Shown here: piece after piece, positions 1 to 10,650 of the stretch
Layout: each line of letters starts with the position of its first letter
Position numbering within the stretch: position 1 is the stretch's first letter
NCBI GenBank assembly: GCA_028864975.1
Contig: JAGWLG010000013.1
Span: forward strand, 13,252 to 77,251
Origin: Thermoplasmata archaeon
Lineage (GTDB): Archaea > Thermoplasmatota > Thermoplasmata > Lutacidiplasmatales > UBA184
Direction of reading: 5' to 3'
DNA: 64,000 nucleotides
Position numbers and translations under genes: made by a program
The notes under the pieces: model-generated
Seen by the model: only the letters and a program-made list of their open reading frames with translations
What the model was told of the DNA's origin: nothing
Database searches by the model: none

Positions 1-3
1 TGG

Positions 4-1050
4 GTGAACGCGAGCTTCACGCTCCTCGCAGGCGTCGCGGTCCAGGTCAACGCCGGCGGATGCGCTCCGCACCTGAACGGCTCCGCCGTGCTGAACTCGA
101 CCGTCTGGTTCGTCCCGGGGTCGTACAGTTTCGCGACGACGAACTGCTCCTGGCTCTACTTCCCGCCCATCCTCGCGACGGCGGGAGGGGTCACCCTCGC
201 CTCGGGTGGGACTCAGGTGAGCCTCACCGGGAACGGGAGCCTCTCGCTCACCTACGACCGTCTGCTCTATGGGAACTTGACGGGCCCCTCGTCCGCGACC
301 GCCGGGTCCGCCGTCACCCTCGGGTCCTCGGTCTCGGGGGGTACTCCCGGGGGAGAGGGGTACACCTGGGTCTGGTTCTGGGGCGACGGCACCAAGCCTT
401 CCTGGGCGAACTTGACCTCTCGGGCCCCCTCCGCTTCGCACACCTTCGCTTCGGCCGGCTCCTACACGGTCACGCTCCGGATCAACGACACGGACGGGCA
501 GACCATCTGGCGGAGCTTCGTCGTGACGGTAAGCGCGTGCACGGGTAGCTGCGCCGGCCCCCAGACGAAGGCCACTTCGCTCGAGACCTACGCGCTCCTC
601 GCCCTGCTGGCGGTGATCGTGGCGGCCCTCCTGCTCTGGCTCTACGTGCGCCGTCGACGGACCTCGAGGACGGGCGCGGAGGAGGAGACCAAGCCGAGCG
701 GACTCGAGGAGCCCGCGGCGGCGGGAGCCACCGCGGCGTCGGAGGAGAAAGCCCCCGCTCCTGAGGCCTCCCCCACCGTGGGACCGAAGGAAGCGGGTAC
801 TTCGGCGAGCGAGCCGCCCGCTTCGACCGAGCCGCCCCAGGAGGGGGCCCCCCCTGAACCTTCGACGAGCGACACCCCGTCTCCCGACGATAGGGGGGCT
901 CCCACGCCTTCGACGGACGAGGGGGAGGAGCGTTCCCCCGTGGAGCAGGGAACGGCGGGCCCCCCCGCCCCTCAGACGAGCCCGGAGGACGAGGTCACCG
1001 TGGAAGGCGGCGAGGAAGGCGGGCCCGAAGGGGACGCCCCGGACATCTGA
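4..1050 (+). CDS. 5'-partial PKD-domain cell-surface protein with C-terminal TM anchor and acidic Pro/Glu-rich cytoplasmic tail
   Basis: PKD motif YTWVWFWGDG...SHTFASAGSYTVTL; hydrophobic helix followed by RRRR; frame is open to the window edge, so the true start lies upstream. Confidence 0.85.
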   Translation: MNASFTLLAGVAVQVNAGGCAPHLNGSAVLNSTVWFVPGSYSFATTNCSWLYFPPILATAGGVTLASGGTQVSLTGNGSLSLTYDRLLYGNLTGPSSATAGSAVTLGSSVSGGTPGGEGYTWVWFWGDGTKPSWANLTSRAPSASHTFASAGSYTVTLRINDTDGQTIWRSFVVTVSACTGSCAGPQTKATSLETYALLALLAVIVAALLLWLYVRRRRTSRTGAEEETKPSGLEEPAAAGATAASEEKAPAPEASPTVGPKEAGTSASEPPASTEPPQEGAPPEPSTSDTPSPDDRGAPTPSTDEGEERSPVEQGTAGPPAPQTSPEDEVTVEGGEEGGPEGDAPDI

Positions 1051-1074
1051 GCCGCGCGAGCGCCGCCGTTCGGT

Positions 1075-1521
1075 TCACGGCTGGAGCAGGACGCCCGGGA
1101 CCCCCCAGAGCTTCAGCCAGACACGCTTGCCCTCGAAACCGGGGCCGGGCCGGGTCGCCCAGTAGCGGGTCTCCCACTTCCGCGCCCAGAGGACGACCTC
1201 GTGGACGGGGAGCGGTGGGCTCTTCGCGGGCGCCAGGTAGTCCGAGGAGCACTTGAGCGTCGAGCCCACGGAGCCCAGGTCGCCGATCGCCGAGATGAGC
1301 GTGGGGGCTGGAGCGGGGAGATGGATGGGCGTGTAGTCGGCGAGGACACAGCTGCCGGAGGGCGGGCTCTTCCAGTCCTTTCCTGCGATCTCCTGGGCCA
1401 TCTCTTCCGCGGTGACGGGAGGGTTGCCGATCGCCGGGTGGCGTCGCGAGATCTCCCGCTCGGCCTTCTCGAGGAGCTCGAAGAAGGGATGTTTCGCCCA
1501 GTCACGGGGGGATTCGGCCAT
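1075..1521 (-). CDS. hypothetical protein
   Basis: 148-aa ORF overlapping the stop of the CorA-like gene by 20 nt, fills the gap on the same strand; no recognised motif. Confidence 0.5.
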   Translation of the reverse strand: MAESPRDWAKHPFFELLEKAEREISRRHPAIGNPPVTAEEMAQEIAGKDWKSPPSGSCVLADYTPIHLPAPAPTLISAIGDLGSVGSTLKCSSDYLAPAKSPPLPVHEVVLWARKWETRYWATRPGPGFEGKRVWLKLWGVPGVLLQP

Positions 1522-2602
1522 CGTCCTTGGTGGGAGGGGCTTCGGTATTTCTCTCCTTCGAGGAGCGGGCGGCCCCTGCCTTGCGTGCCGTGGGATTCGA
1601 CGGCTTGGGGGGCGCTCGCGCCTCCAAGGCGTTGTAGTCGATGTCGACCCCCTCGATGTTCTCGGTGAGACGGCCGAACCCCTCCTCGACGCGGGCCTCG
1701 TAGCCCTTCATGCCGCGGAAGAGGTCCCGGATCCAACGCTGCCGGAAGAAGTAGTACATCGGGATGATGGTCGAGAAGATCAGGACGTAGGCGACGAGCC
1801 AACCCGGGACGTTCGCCGCCGAAGGCATGCCCAGGATCGTTGCCGCGGTGTTCGGGAAGACGATCACCGAGGTCATCACGGCCAAGATCAGCATCACGTA
1901 GGAGAGGCCGAGCATCCGGATGTTCGAGATGTTCGCCAGCTCCGCGATGCGGTTCGACACCGCGCTCATCCGGTTCGCGACGACCTGCAGCTGGTTCGCC
2001 TGCTCCGTCTGCCGGATCATGAAGATGTCCGTAAGGGCGCTCTGCGTCGCCTGGGTGAGGTCGCGAAGCCGCAGGAGCTCCTGCTCGACCGAGTGGAGCG
2101 CTTTCTCGGAACCCCCCAGCACCGGAAGGAGACCCCCTTCTGCAAGGTCGGCGACCGCGGTAATCGCCCGTCCGAGCTCCTCCCGCACGTCCGCGAGCTT
2201 CTGTTTGAGCTCCAGGACCTTGAGCGGGGGCGCGTGCAAGGCGTCCTGTTCCAGCTCGGCGAGGCCGCGCTCCACATCCTCGATCCTCTCGAGCGATGTC
2301 CGGTTCACCTGGACGAAGGCGTCGAACACTCGGGAGGCGCTTTCGTTGAGATGGTACTCCGCGGAGGGGGTGATCTCCGGTCGGAACTCCCCTTCCGGGA
2401 CGAGGACCTTGAGCCGGGTCCCGTCGGACCAGATGGCGAGAGGGCGGAGCTTGAAGCCCGCCTCCAGCAGCCCCAGATGAAGCATGACCTGGCCGTGGCG
2501 CCGGTTAACCACGTGGCCGGGTCGCCTCTCGGGATGGAGCCCCAGCGAGGCATACCCTTCGGCGAGGTTCTTCGGACCTCCAGAGGGGGGCGGGGTGGAC
2601 AC
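1502..2602 (-). CDS. CorA/ZntB-family divalent cation transporter (GMP variant of the GMN motif)
   Basis: Long amphipathic stalk helices, then two C-terminal TM helices; VIVFPNTAATILGMPS aligns by eye with CorA TIFLPxTFIxGxYGMNF. Confidence 0.75.
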   Translation of the reverse strand: MSTPPPSGGPKNLAEGYASLGLHPERRPGHVVNRRHGQVMLHLGLLEAGFKLRPLAIWSDGTRLKVLVPEGEFRPEITPSAEYHLNESASRVFDAFVQVNRTSLERIEDVERGLAELEQDALHAPPLKVLELKQKLADVREELGRAITAVADLAEGGLLPVLGGSEKALHSVEQELLRLRDLTQATQSALTDIFMIRQTEQANQLQVVANRMSAVSNRIAELANISNIRMLGLSYVMLILAVMTSVIVFPNTAATILGMPSAANVPGWLVAYVLIFSTIIPMYYFFRQRWIRDLFRGMKGYEARVEEGFGRLTENIEGVDIDYNALEARAPPKPSNPTARKAGAARSSKERNTEAPPTKDDGRIPP

Positions 2603-2782
2603 AAGGGTCGCACGGCATCGAGTCCTTGAACCCTTGCTCGGCCCCTCAGGGCCTCAGGAGGCCTGCCCCCCCCATATGCCCTCGTCCCAGGAGGACCGTA
2701 GCCCCTTCCCCGTACGTGCGACGTTTGAGCTTCTACACAGACCCACGACTCGACGAAGGCGGGGCCCCCGAGCGATGCGCGG

Positions 2783-5236
<2,454 letters not shown>

Positions 5237-5465
5237 TCAATTCTCCTCAGAGATGGCCTGCCTTAAGGCCTTCGCCTACACGCGAAAGTGAGCTCTGGAA
5301 ACGAGACCCCCGGCGCCGTGCGGAGACCTCCGGAAAGGGGGACCTGCTGCCGAGAATCGGTGGCCGCCCCAAGCCTCGTCCGATGCGCTACCGCTTGGAC
5401 CGAACGGGCCCTCGGGAGCTCGACGCGAGGGCCACCTCGGGAGACCTCGCGTGCGCGAGCCGGTC

Positions 5466-6401
5466 TCAGGGTCCGCCGCGGGGCCCGTCGGCCGTCGAGA
5501 AGACCTGGAGCGCGCTCTGCTGCGGAAGGAAGGCGTAGAAGTACCCCCTCTTCGGGTCGATGGCGGAGGTGTGGCAGCCCCGTTGCGTGTCGACCGTGTC
5601 CACGCGCTTGAAGGTGAGCGTGTCGAACACGTCGACCTTGCCGGGTTCCCCGACCGCCACGTAGAGACGATGGGTCCTGAGGTCGTGCCAGACCACGTCC
5701 GGGGGACCCGTCAGGGGTAGGGTCCGCTCGACCTGGGAGGTGGCGAGCGAAAGGACCACCAGCTGGGCATCATCGGCGGCCACGAAGGCCCTGCGGGCTT
5801 GGGCATCGATCGCGAGCCCGTGCGGCCCCTCGGCTGGGATGGGGGTCGAGGACGCTGTCGCAAGGTCCATGCTGCGGAGAGACAGGAGGGCAGACGGTTC
5901 CCGAATGTTGAGAAGGAACGAAGAGGAAAGGGAATCGTAGAGACACCAGCGTGGGCGCCCGGGGAGGGGGACCTCGTGCTCGACCTTCCCCGCCGAGAGG
6001 TCGACGAGCCTAGCCGAAGGGTTGGGGCCCACGTCGGCGACAAGGAGGCGCTGATGTCCCGGGTCCCAAGCGAGCCCGTTCGGCTTCGCTCCGACCTGGA
6101 CCGTCCGAAGGACCTTGAACGTCGTCGCCGAGATGACCACGACCCGCCCCGTGGCGCGGGAAGCGGCCACGACCTCGTCCCGGTCCGGGAGGCAGAGGAG
6201 GCCGCTCCCCTCGGGACACCCGGGGATGGAGACCCGATGCTTCCCTGGCCAGGGGTCGAGCACCTCCACGGTGCCGTCCGAGGTGTGCGTCACGAAGACC
6301 CGGCCGCTCGGCAGGTGGACGTCGCCGTGATCGAACGCGCCTGCCCTCCTTGGGGGTATAGGGCGGTCGCCGAGGAGCCGAAGCACGAAGGTCCAACCCA
6401 C
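5466..6401 (-). CDS. YncE/YVTN-type beta-propeller protein
   Basis: Repeated blades (GRVFVTH..DGTVEVLD, VGAKPNGLAWD, PHGLAID, GKVDVFDT); GTG start at 6401 chosen within ORF 5466..6485. Confidence 0.8.
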   Translation of the reverse strand: MGWTFVLRLLGDRPIPPRRAGAFDHGDVHLPSGRVFVTHTSDGTVEVLDPWPGKHRVSIPGCPEGSGLLCLPDRDEVVAASRATGRVVVISATTFKVLRTVQVGAKPNGLAWDPGHQRLLVADVGPNPSARLVDLSAGKVEHEVPLPGRPRWCLYDSLSSSFLLNIREPSALLSLRSMDLATASSTPIPAEGPHGLAIDAQARRAFVAADDAQLVVLSLATSQVERTLPLTGPPDVVWHDLRTHRLYVAVGEPGKVDVFDTLTFKRVDTVDTQRGCHTSAIDPKRGYFYAFLPQQSALQVFSTADGPRGGP

Positions 6402-6522
6402 GTCGGTTTTTTCGCCTTTCGGTCGGACGCACGCGTGTCTTACGTGTGAAGCTCCCCGACCGCGGTGGGTCCAACGGCGGTCCACGGCGGGCTTTTAGTC
6501 GACGGACCGTCGTGCCTCCCAG

Positions 6523-7296
6523 ATGACGGACGGGGGCTCGGCACGACTTCATCACGTGGCCCGACCGACCCAGCCCGTGGTCGAGCCCCATCGCGTGGGG
6601 GATACCGGGGCGGACCTGGAGGCCTACATCTTCGGGACCTTGGACGGGCTCGTCACGAACCTTGCGGTGGTCGCGGGGGTCGTCGCGGCCGGATTCGGCA
6701 TGGGCGCGGTCGCCATCGCCGGCATCGCTGCGATGTTCGCAGGGGCCGTGAGCATGTTCGTCGGGGCCTACGTCTCTTCCCACGCACGGTGGGAGCTGGC
6801 CCAGCGAGAGAAGCGCCGCGAGGAAGAGGAGGTCGAACACGTCCCGGACATCGAGAAGGCCGAGGTCCGAGAGATCTTCGAAAAGTGGGGGTTCCCGGAG
6901 GCCGAGGCTCGCGCGGTCACCGAACGGATCGCCATGAACAAGGAGCTCTGGGTCGACTTCATGATGCAAGAGGAGCTCGGGTTCACCCGCGACGATCTCA
7001 AGCGCCCTCCGAAACGCCACGGCGCGATCATCGGGTTCGCCTACCTCATCGGGTCGCTGATCCCGCTCCTCCCCTTCCTCTTCGTCGAAGGGTGGATGCG
7101 GCGCGCTTCCAGCACCTGGGACAGCCTGGTTGCCGCCATCGCGCTCGGGTGCGTGGCCCTCGCGGTCCTTGGGGCGTACAAGGAACGGTTCGGAGGGGAG
7201 AGGCCGGTCTGGGGCGGGCTTCAGATGGTAGGGATCGGCCTGGGTGCCGCCGCCGCCGTCTACCTCGTGACCTACCTCATCACCAGCTTCCTCTGA
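6523..7296 (+). CDS. VIT1/CCC1-family Fe/Mn transporter
   Basis: IFGTLDGLVT, AGAVSMFVGAYVS, REEEE, MMQEELG, C-terminal TM hairpins. Confidence 0.93.
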   Translation: MTDGGSARLHHVARPTQPVVEPHRVGDTGADLEAYIFGTLDGLVTNLAVVAGVVAAGFGMGAVAIAGIAAMFAGAVSMFVGAYVSSHARWELAQREKRREEEEVEHVPDIEKAEVREIFEKWGFPEAEARAVTERIAMNKELWVDFMMQEELGFTRDDLKRPPKRHGAIIGFAYLIGSLIPLLPFLFVEGWMRRASSTWDSLVAAIALGCVALAVLGAYKERFGGERPVWGGLQMVGIGLGAAAAVYLVTYLITSFL

Positions 7297-7332
7297 GCTT
7301 GGGGAGCGCCTCTCCTCCCCCCAAAGGACCCC

Positions 7333-7338
7333 TAAATA
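7333..7338 (+). promoter_or_regulatory. candidate TATA box for grpE
   Basis: TAAATA in a GC-rich context 22 nt upstream of ATG 7361. Confidence 0.45.
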
Positions 7339-7360
7339 CCCCTTCACGTTGAGGCCGGCG

Positions 7361-7993
7361 ATGGCCTTCTCCGAGGACGAGGAGGAGGAACCGCGCCGGC
7401 GCCGTCGTTCGCGAGGACGAGGCGAAGGCGCCGAGGCTCCGTTGCCCGACCGGGCCCAACCGCTCTCTTGGGCCATCCTCCCCCCGGAGGAGGAAGAAGA
7501 GGAGGGAACGGGTTCCGCAGCCGGGACGGTGAGTGCCGCCGAGACGCCGGCGGCTCCCGCCGCGGAGGACTGGAGGTCCCGCTACCAGTACCTGCTGGCC
7601 GAGTTCGACAACTACCGCCGCCGGGTCCAGAAGGAGACCGAGGCCGCGGTGGCCGCGGCCCGCGGCAAGGTCCTTCTGAAGGTCGTCGCCCTCCACGAGG
7701 GCATCGAGGGGGCGCTCGCCTCCCTCCCCCCGGAAGCGAAGGCCCTGCGCGAAGGACTCATGCTCATCCTGCGGAACATGGACGCGATGATGAAGGAGGA
7801 AGGGGTCGAGCCTGTCGCCTCGGAAGGGGCCAGGTTCGAGCCCGAAGTGCACGAGGCGGTAGGGCAGTCCCCCGCGACGCCCAAGGCGCCCGAGGGGACC
7901 GTGGCGGTCGTGGTCCAGCAAGGCTACCGGGGGCCTACCGGCCTCCTGCGCCCCGCGAAGGTCCTCGTGGCCGCGAAGGCCTCCCCCCGCTAG
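7361..7993 (+). CDS. grpE: nucleotide exchange factor GrpE
   Basis: YLLAEFDNYRRR, FEPEVHEAV, VVQQGY...LLRPAKVLVA. Confidence 0.95.
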   Translation: MAFSEDEEEEPRRRRRSRGRGEGAEAPLPDRAQPLSWAILPPEEEEEEGTGSAAGTVSAAETPAAPAAEDWRSRYQYLLAEFDNYRRRVQKETEAAVAAARGKVLLKVVALHEGIEGALASLPPEAKALREGLMLILRNMDAMMKEEGVEPVASEGARFEPEVHEAVGQSPATPKAPEGTVAVVVQQGYRGPTGLLRPAKVLVAAKASPR

Positions 7994-8060
7994 GGGACCG
8001 GACCTGCCGAGCTCGACCGAATAGCTTCATCTTCCCGCGGAGCAGCCTCGAACGAAGGCC

Positions 8061-9377
8061 ATGGCGGAGCGTTCCAGCGACCTGAGCGGCTTCTACAAGA
8101 AGAGCGCCGAAGAGCGGAGGAAGACCGTTCTCGAGTTCGCCGGCATCGAGCCCGGCGCGGAGCCTGCCTGGCTCCCTCCTCCGGGGGTGGACCGCGGGAT
8201 CCTCGAGAGGATGATCGAGAACGTGATCGGGACGTTCCCGCTACCCTTGGGCATCGCGACGAACTTCCGCGTGAACGGGAAGGACTACTTGGTCCCCATG
8301 GCGCTCGAGGAACCGAGCGTCGTCGCCGCCGCCAGTCATGCGGCCAAGATCGCGCGGGGGAAGGGAGGCTTCCATGCGGCGACGAGCCGACCGGTGATGA
8401 TCGGGCAGATCTCGCTCGTTGACGTACCGGACCCGAACGCCGCCCGGCTTCGTATCCTCGAATCCCAGAACGAGCTGCTCTCGCTCGCGAACGGGAAGGA
8501 CCCCCTCCTCAACAAGGTGGGAGGGGGCGCTCGCGACCTGGAGGTGCGCTTGGTCCCGACCCCGAGGGGCACCATCGTGATCGTCCACCTTCATGTGGAC
8601 GTCCGCGATGCGATGGGCGCGAACGCCGTCAACACCATGGCGGAGGCCCTGGCGCCCGAGCTCGCGAGGCTCTCGGGAGGGCGCAGGAACCTGCGGATCA
8701 TCTCCAACCTCGCGATCCACCGCGTCGCGCGCGCCTGGGCCATCTTCCCGAGGGAAGGGCTTGAAGGTGAGGGGGCGAAGGGACCCGACGTCGTGGAAGG
8801 GGTCCTCGACGCCTGGAACTTCGCGGCCCACGACCCCTTCCGATGCTCGACGCACAACAAGGGGATCATGAACGGGGTCTCCGCCGTGGCGATCGCCACG
8901 GGGAACGACTTCCGGGCGCTCGAGGCGGGGGCCCACTCCTACGCGGCCTGGAAGGCCAAGGACGGCGGGGTGATCGCTCCCCTCACAACCTACGAGAAGA
9001 ACCCGGACGGGGACCTGGTAGGAACGATCGAGATGCCCATGGCCGTGGGGCTCGTCGGCGGGGCCACTGCCGTTCACCCCACCGCCAAGCTCAACGTCCG
9101 CGTCCTGGGCGTCAAGACCGCGAGCGAGCTCGCGGAAGTGATGGCCTCGGTAGGCCTCGCCCAGAACTTCGCCGCGCTCCGCGCGCTCGCGAACGAGGGG
9201 ATCCAGAAGGGCCACATGGCGCTCCACGCCCGGAACGTCGCGGTGATGGTGGGAGCCCAGGGGGCTGAGGTCGATGCGCTCGCCGCTCGTCTCGCCGCCG
9301 AACACACGGGCCGTCAGGACCGTGCCAAGGAGATCCTCGTCGAGATGCGAGGGAAGGTCGCGACCTCAGGGACATGA
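8061..9377 (+). CDS. hmgA: class II hydroxymethylglutaryl-CoA reductase
   Basis: MIENVIG, EEPSVVAA, DAMGANAVNTMAE, THNKGIMNG, GNDFRA, IQKGHMALH. Confidence 0.96.
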   Translation: MAERSSDLSGFYKKSAEERRKTVLEFAGIEPGAEPAWLPPPGVDRGILERMIENVIGTFPLPLGIATNFRVNGKDYLVPMALEEPSVVAAASHAAKIARGKGGFHAATSRPVMIGQISLVDVPDPNAARLRILESQNELLSLANGKDPLLNKVGGGARDLEVRLVPTPRGTIVIVHLHVDVRDAMGANAVNTMAEALAPELARLSGGRRNLRIISNLAIHRVARAWAIFPREGLEGEGAKGPDVVEGVLDAWNFAAHDPFRCSTHNKGIMNGVSAVAIATGNDFRALEAGAHSYAAWKAKDGGVIAPLTTYEKNPDGDLVGTIEMPMAVGLVGGATAVHPTAKLNVRVLGVKTASELAEVMASVGLAQNFAALRALANEGIQKGHMALHARNVAVMVGAQGAEVDALAARLAAEHTGRQDRAKEILVEMRGKVATSGT

Positions 9378-9970
9378 GCAAGAGAGCGGGGGTCCTCGCG
9401 CTCCAGGGGGACGTTCCGCAGCACCTCGAGGCCGCCGCTGCGGTGCTGGGAGGCGATAGGGTCCTCGAGGTCCGGACCCCGAAGGACCTGGAGCAGGTCG
9501 AAGCCCTCTTTCTCCCCGGAGGGGAGAGCACGACCCTCTCCCAACTTCTGGACAAGTCCTTCCTCCGCGTACCCCTCACCTCAAGGATCCGACAGGGGCT
9601 CCCCGTGCTGGCCACGTGCGCGGGCTTGATCCTTCTCGCCCGGGAGCTCGAGCCGACCCCGCACGGCCGGGACCCCGAGCCCCTGCGCGTCCTGGACGTC
9701 AAGGTCCGGCGGAACGACTACGGGCGTCAGGCCGACTCCTTCGAGACGGTCCTGGAGGTCGAGGGCGTGGGGAAGGACATCCCCGCCGCGTTCATCCGCG
9801 CTCCAAGGATCCTCTCCGTGGGCTCTGGCGTACAGGTGCTCTCACGGGTCCGCGAGGACCCGGTCATCGTGCGCCAGGGTTCGATCTGGGGGCTCACGTT
9901 CCACCCTGAGGTGACCGGAGACCATCGACTGCACGCCGCATTCCTCCGGGCGAGCGGGCTTCTCTCCTGA
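9374..9970 (+). CDS. pdxT: pyridoxal 5'-phosphate synthase glutaminase subunit
   Basis: GVLALQGD, LPGGESTT, TCAGLILLA, RRNDYGRQADSFE, FIRAP, FHPE; ATGA overlap with the HMG-CoA reductase gene. Confidence 0.96.
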   Translation: MSKRAGVLALQGDVPQHLEAAAAVLGGDRVLEVRTPKDLEQVEALFLPGGESTTLSQLLDKSFLRVPLTSRIRQGLPVLATCAGLILLARELEPTPHGRDPEPLRVLDVKVRRNDYGRQADSFETVLEVEGVGKDIPAAFIRAPRILSVGSGVQVLSRVREDPVIVRQGSIWGLTFHPEVTGDHRLHAAFLRASGLLS

Positions 9971-10028
9971 GCGCTCCATCGCTCGCTCGACCTTCGACAG
10001 GACGTCGTCGAGCGTGGCTCGGCTCCGA

Positions 10029-10598
10029 TCAATTCGCCACGACGGTGCCCCCGGGGAACGCGTAGCTCCCCGGTTCGAGCGGCACGTCGATGGTCATGTT
10101 GAGCTGGGTGGACCCCCGCGGGGGGATCGAGAGCGGGAGCGAAGGCGTCGTGGAAACGAGACGGTAGGACTGATTGAGCTCTATGGAGTTGACGACGCCC
10201 GTACCAGCGCTCATCGTGTTGGTCAACACGAGGAAGTGATGGCCGGGATACTCCGAGCCCGGCGGGAGGGATTCCGGACCTTCGGGACAGAGAAGGGTGG
10301 GGCCGTAGGAGACTTGGAGCCAGCCCGAGGGCTCTCCCATGTAGGCCACCGCGAAGTGCCCGACCTCGTTGCCGCAGTACCACACGACGACCACCTGGCC
10401 GCCGGTGGACGGGGGGGGCGGGTGGGTCCAGGCCACGATGCCCGCGCCGAGGCCTGCCATCGCAGCCGACAGTACCACGACGAGGACGAGGGACGGCAGT
10501 GAGAACGGATGGGCCGGTGAACGCAGGACCTTCCAGAGGGAAGCTCCAGGAGCCGCTCCCGTCGAGGCAGGGCTCCGTTCAGGACCCGGGTCCGGCAT
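10029..10598 (-). CDS. single-TM membrane-anchored hypothetical protein
   Basis: N-terminal TM helix and a beta-rich extracellular part with N-x-S/T sequons. Confidence 0.7.
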   Translation of the reverse strand: MPDPGPERSPASTGAAPGASLWKVLRSPAHPFSLPSLVLVVVLSAAMAGLGAGIVAWTHPPPPSTGGQVVVVWYCGNEVGHFAVAYMGEPSGWLQVSYGPTLLCPEGPESLPPGSEYPGHHFLVLTNTMSAGTGVVNSIELNQSYRLVSTTPSLPLSIPPRGSTQLNMTIDVPLEPGSYAFPGGTVVAN

Positions 10599-10650
10599 GG
10601 CCGATGGGCTCCAGCGAGGAGACGGAGGAAGACCGCAAAGCCCTCTCCTG

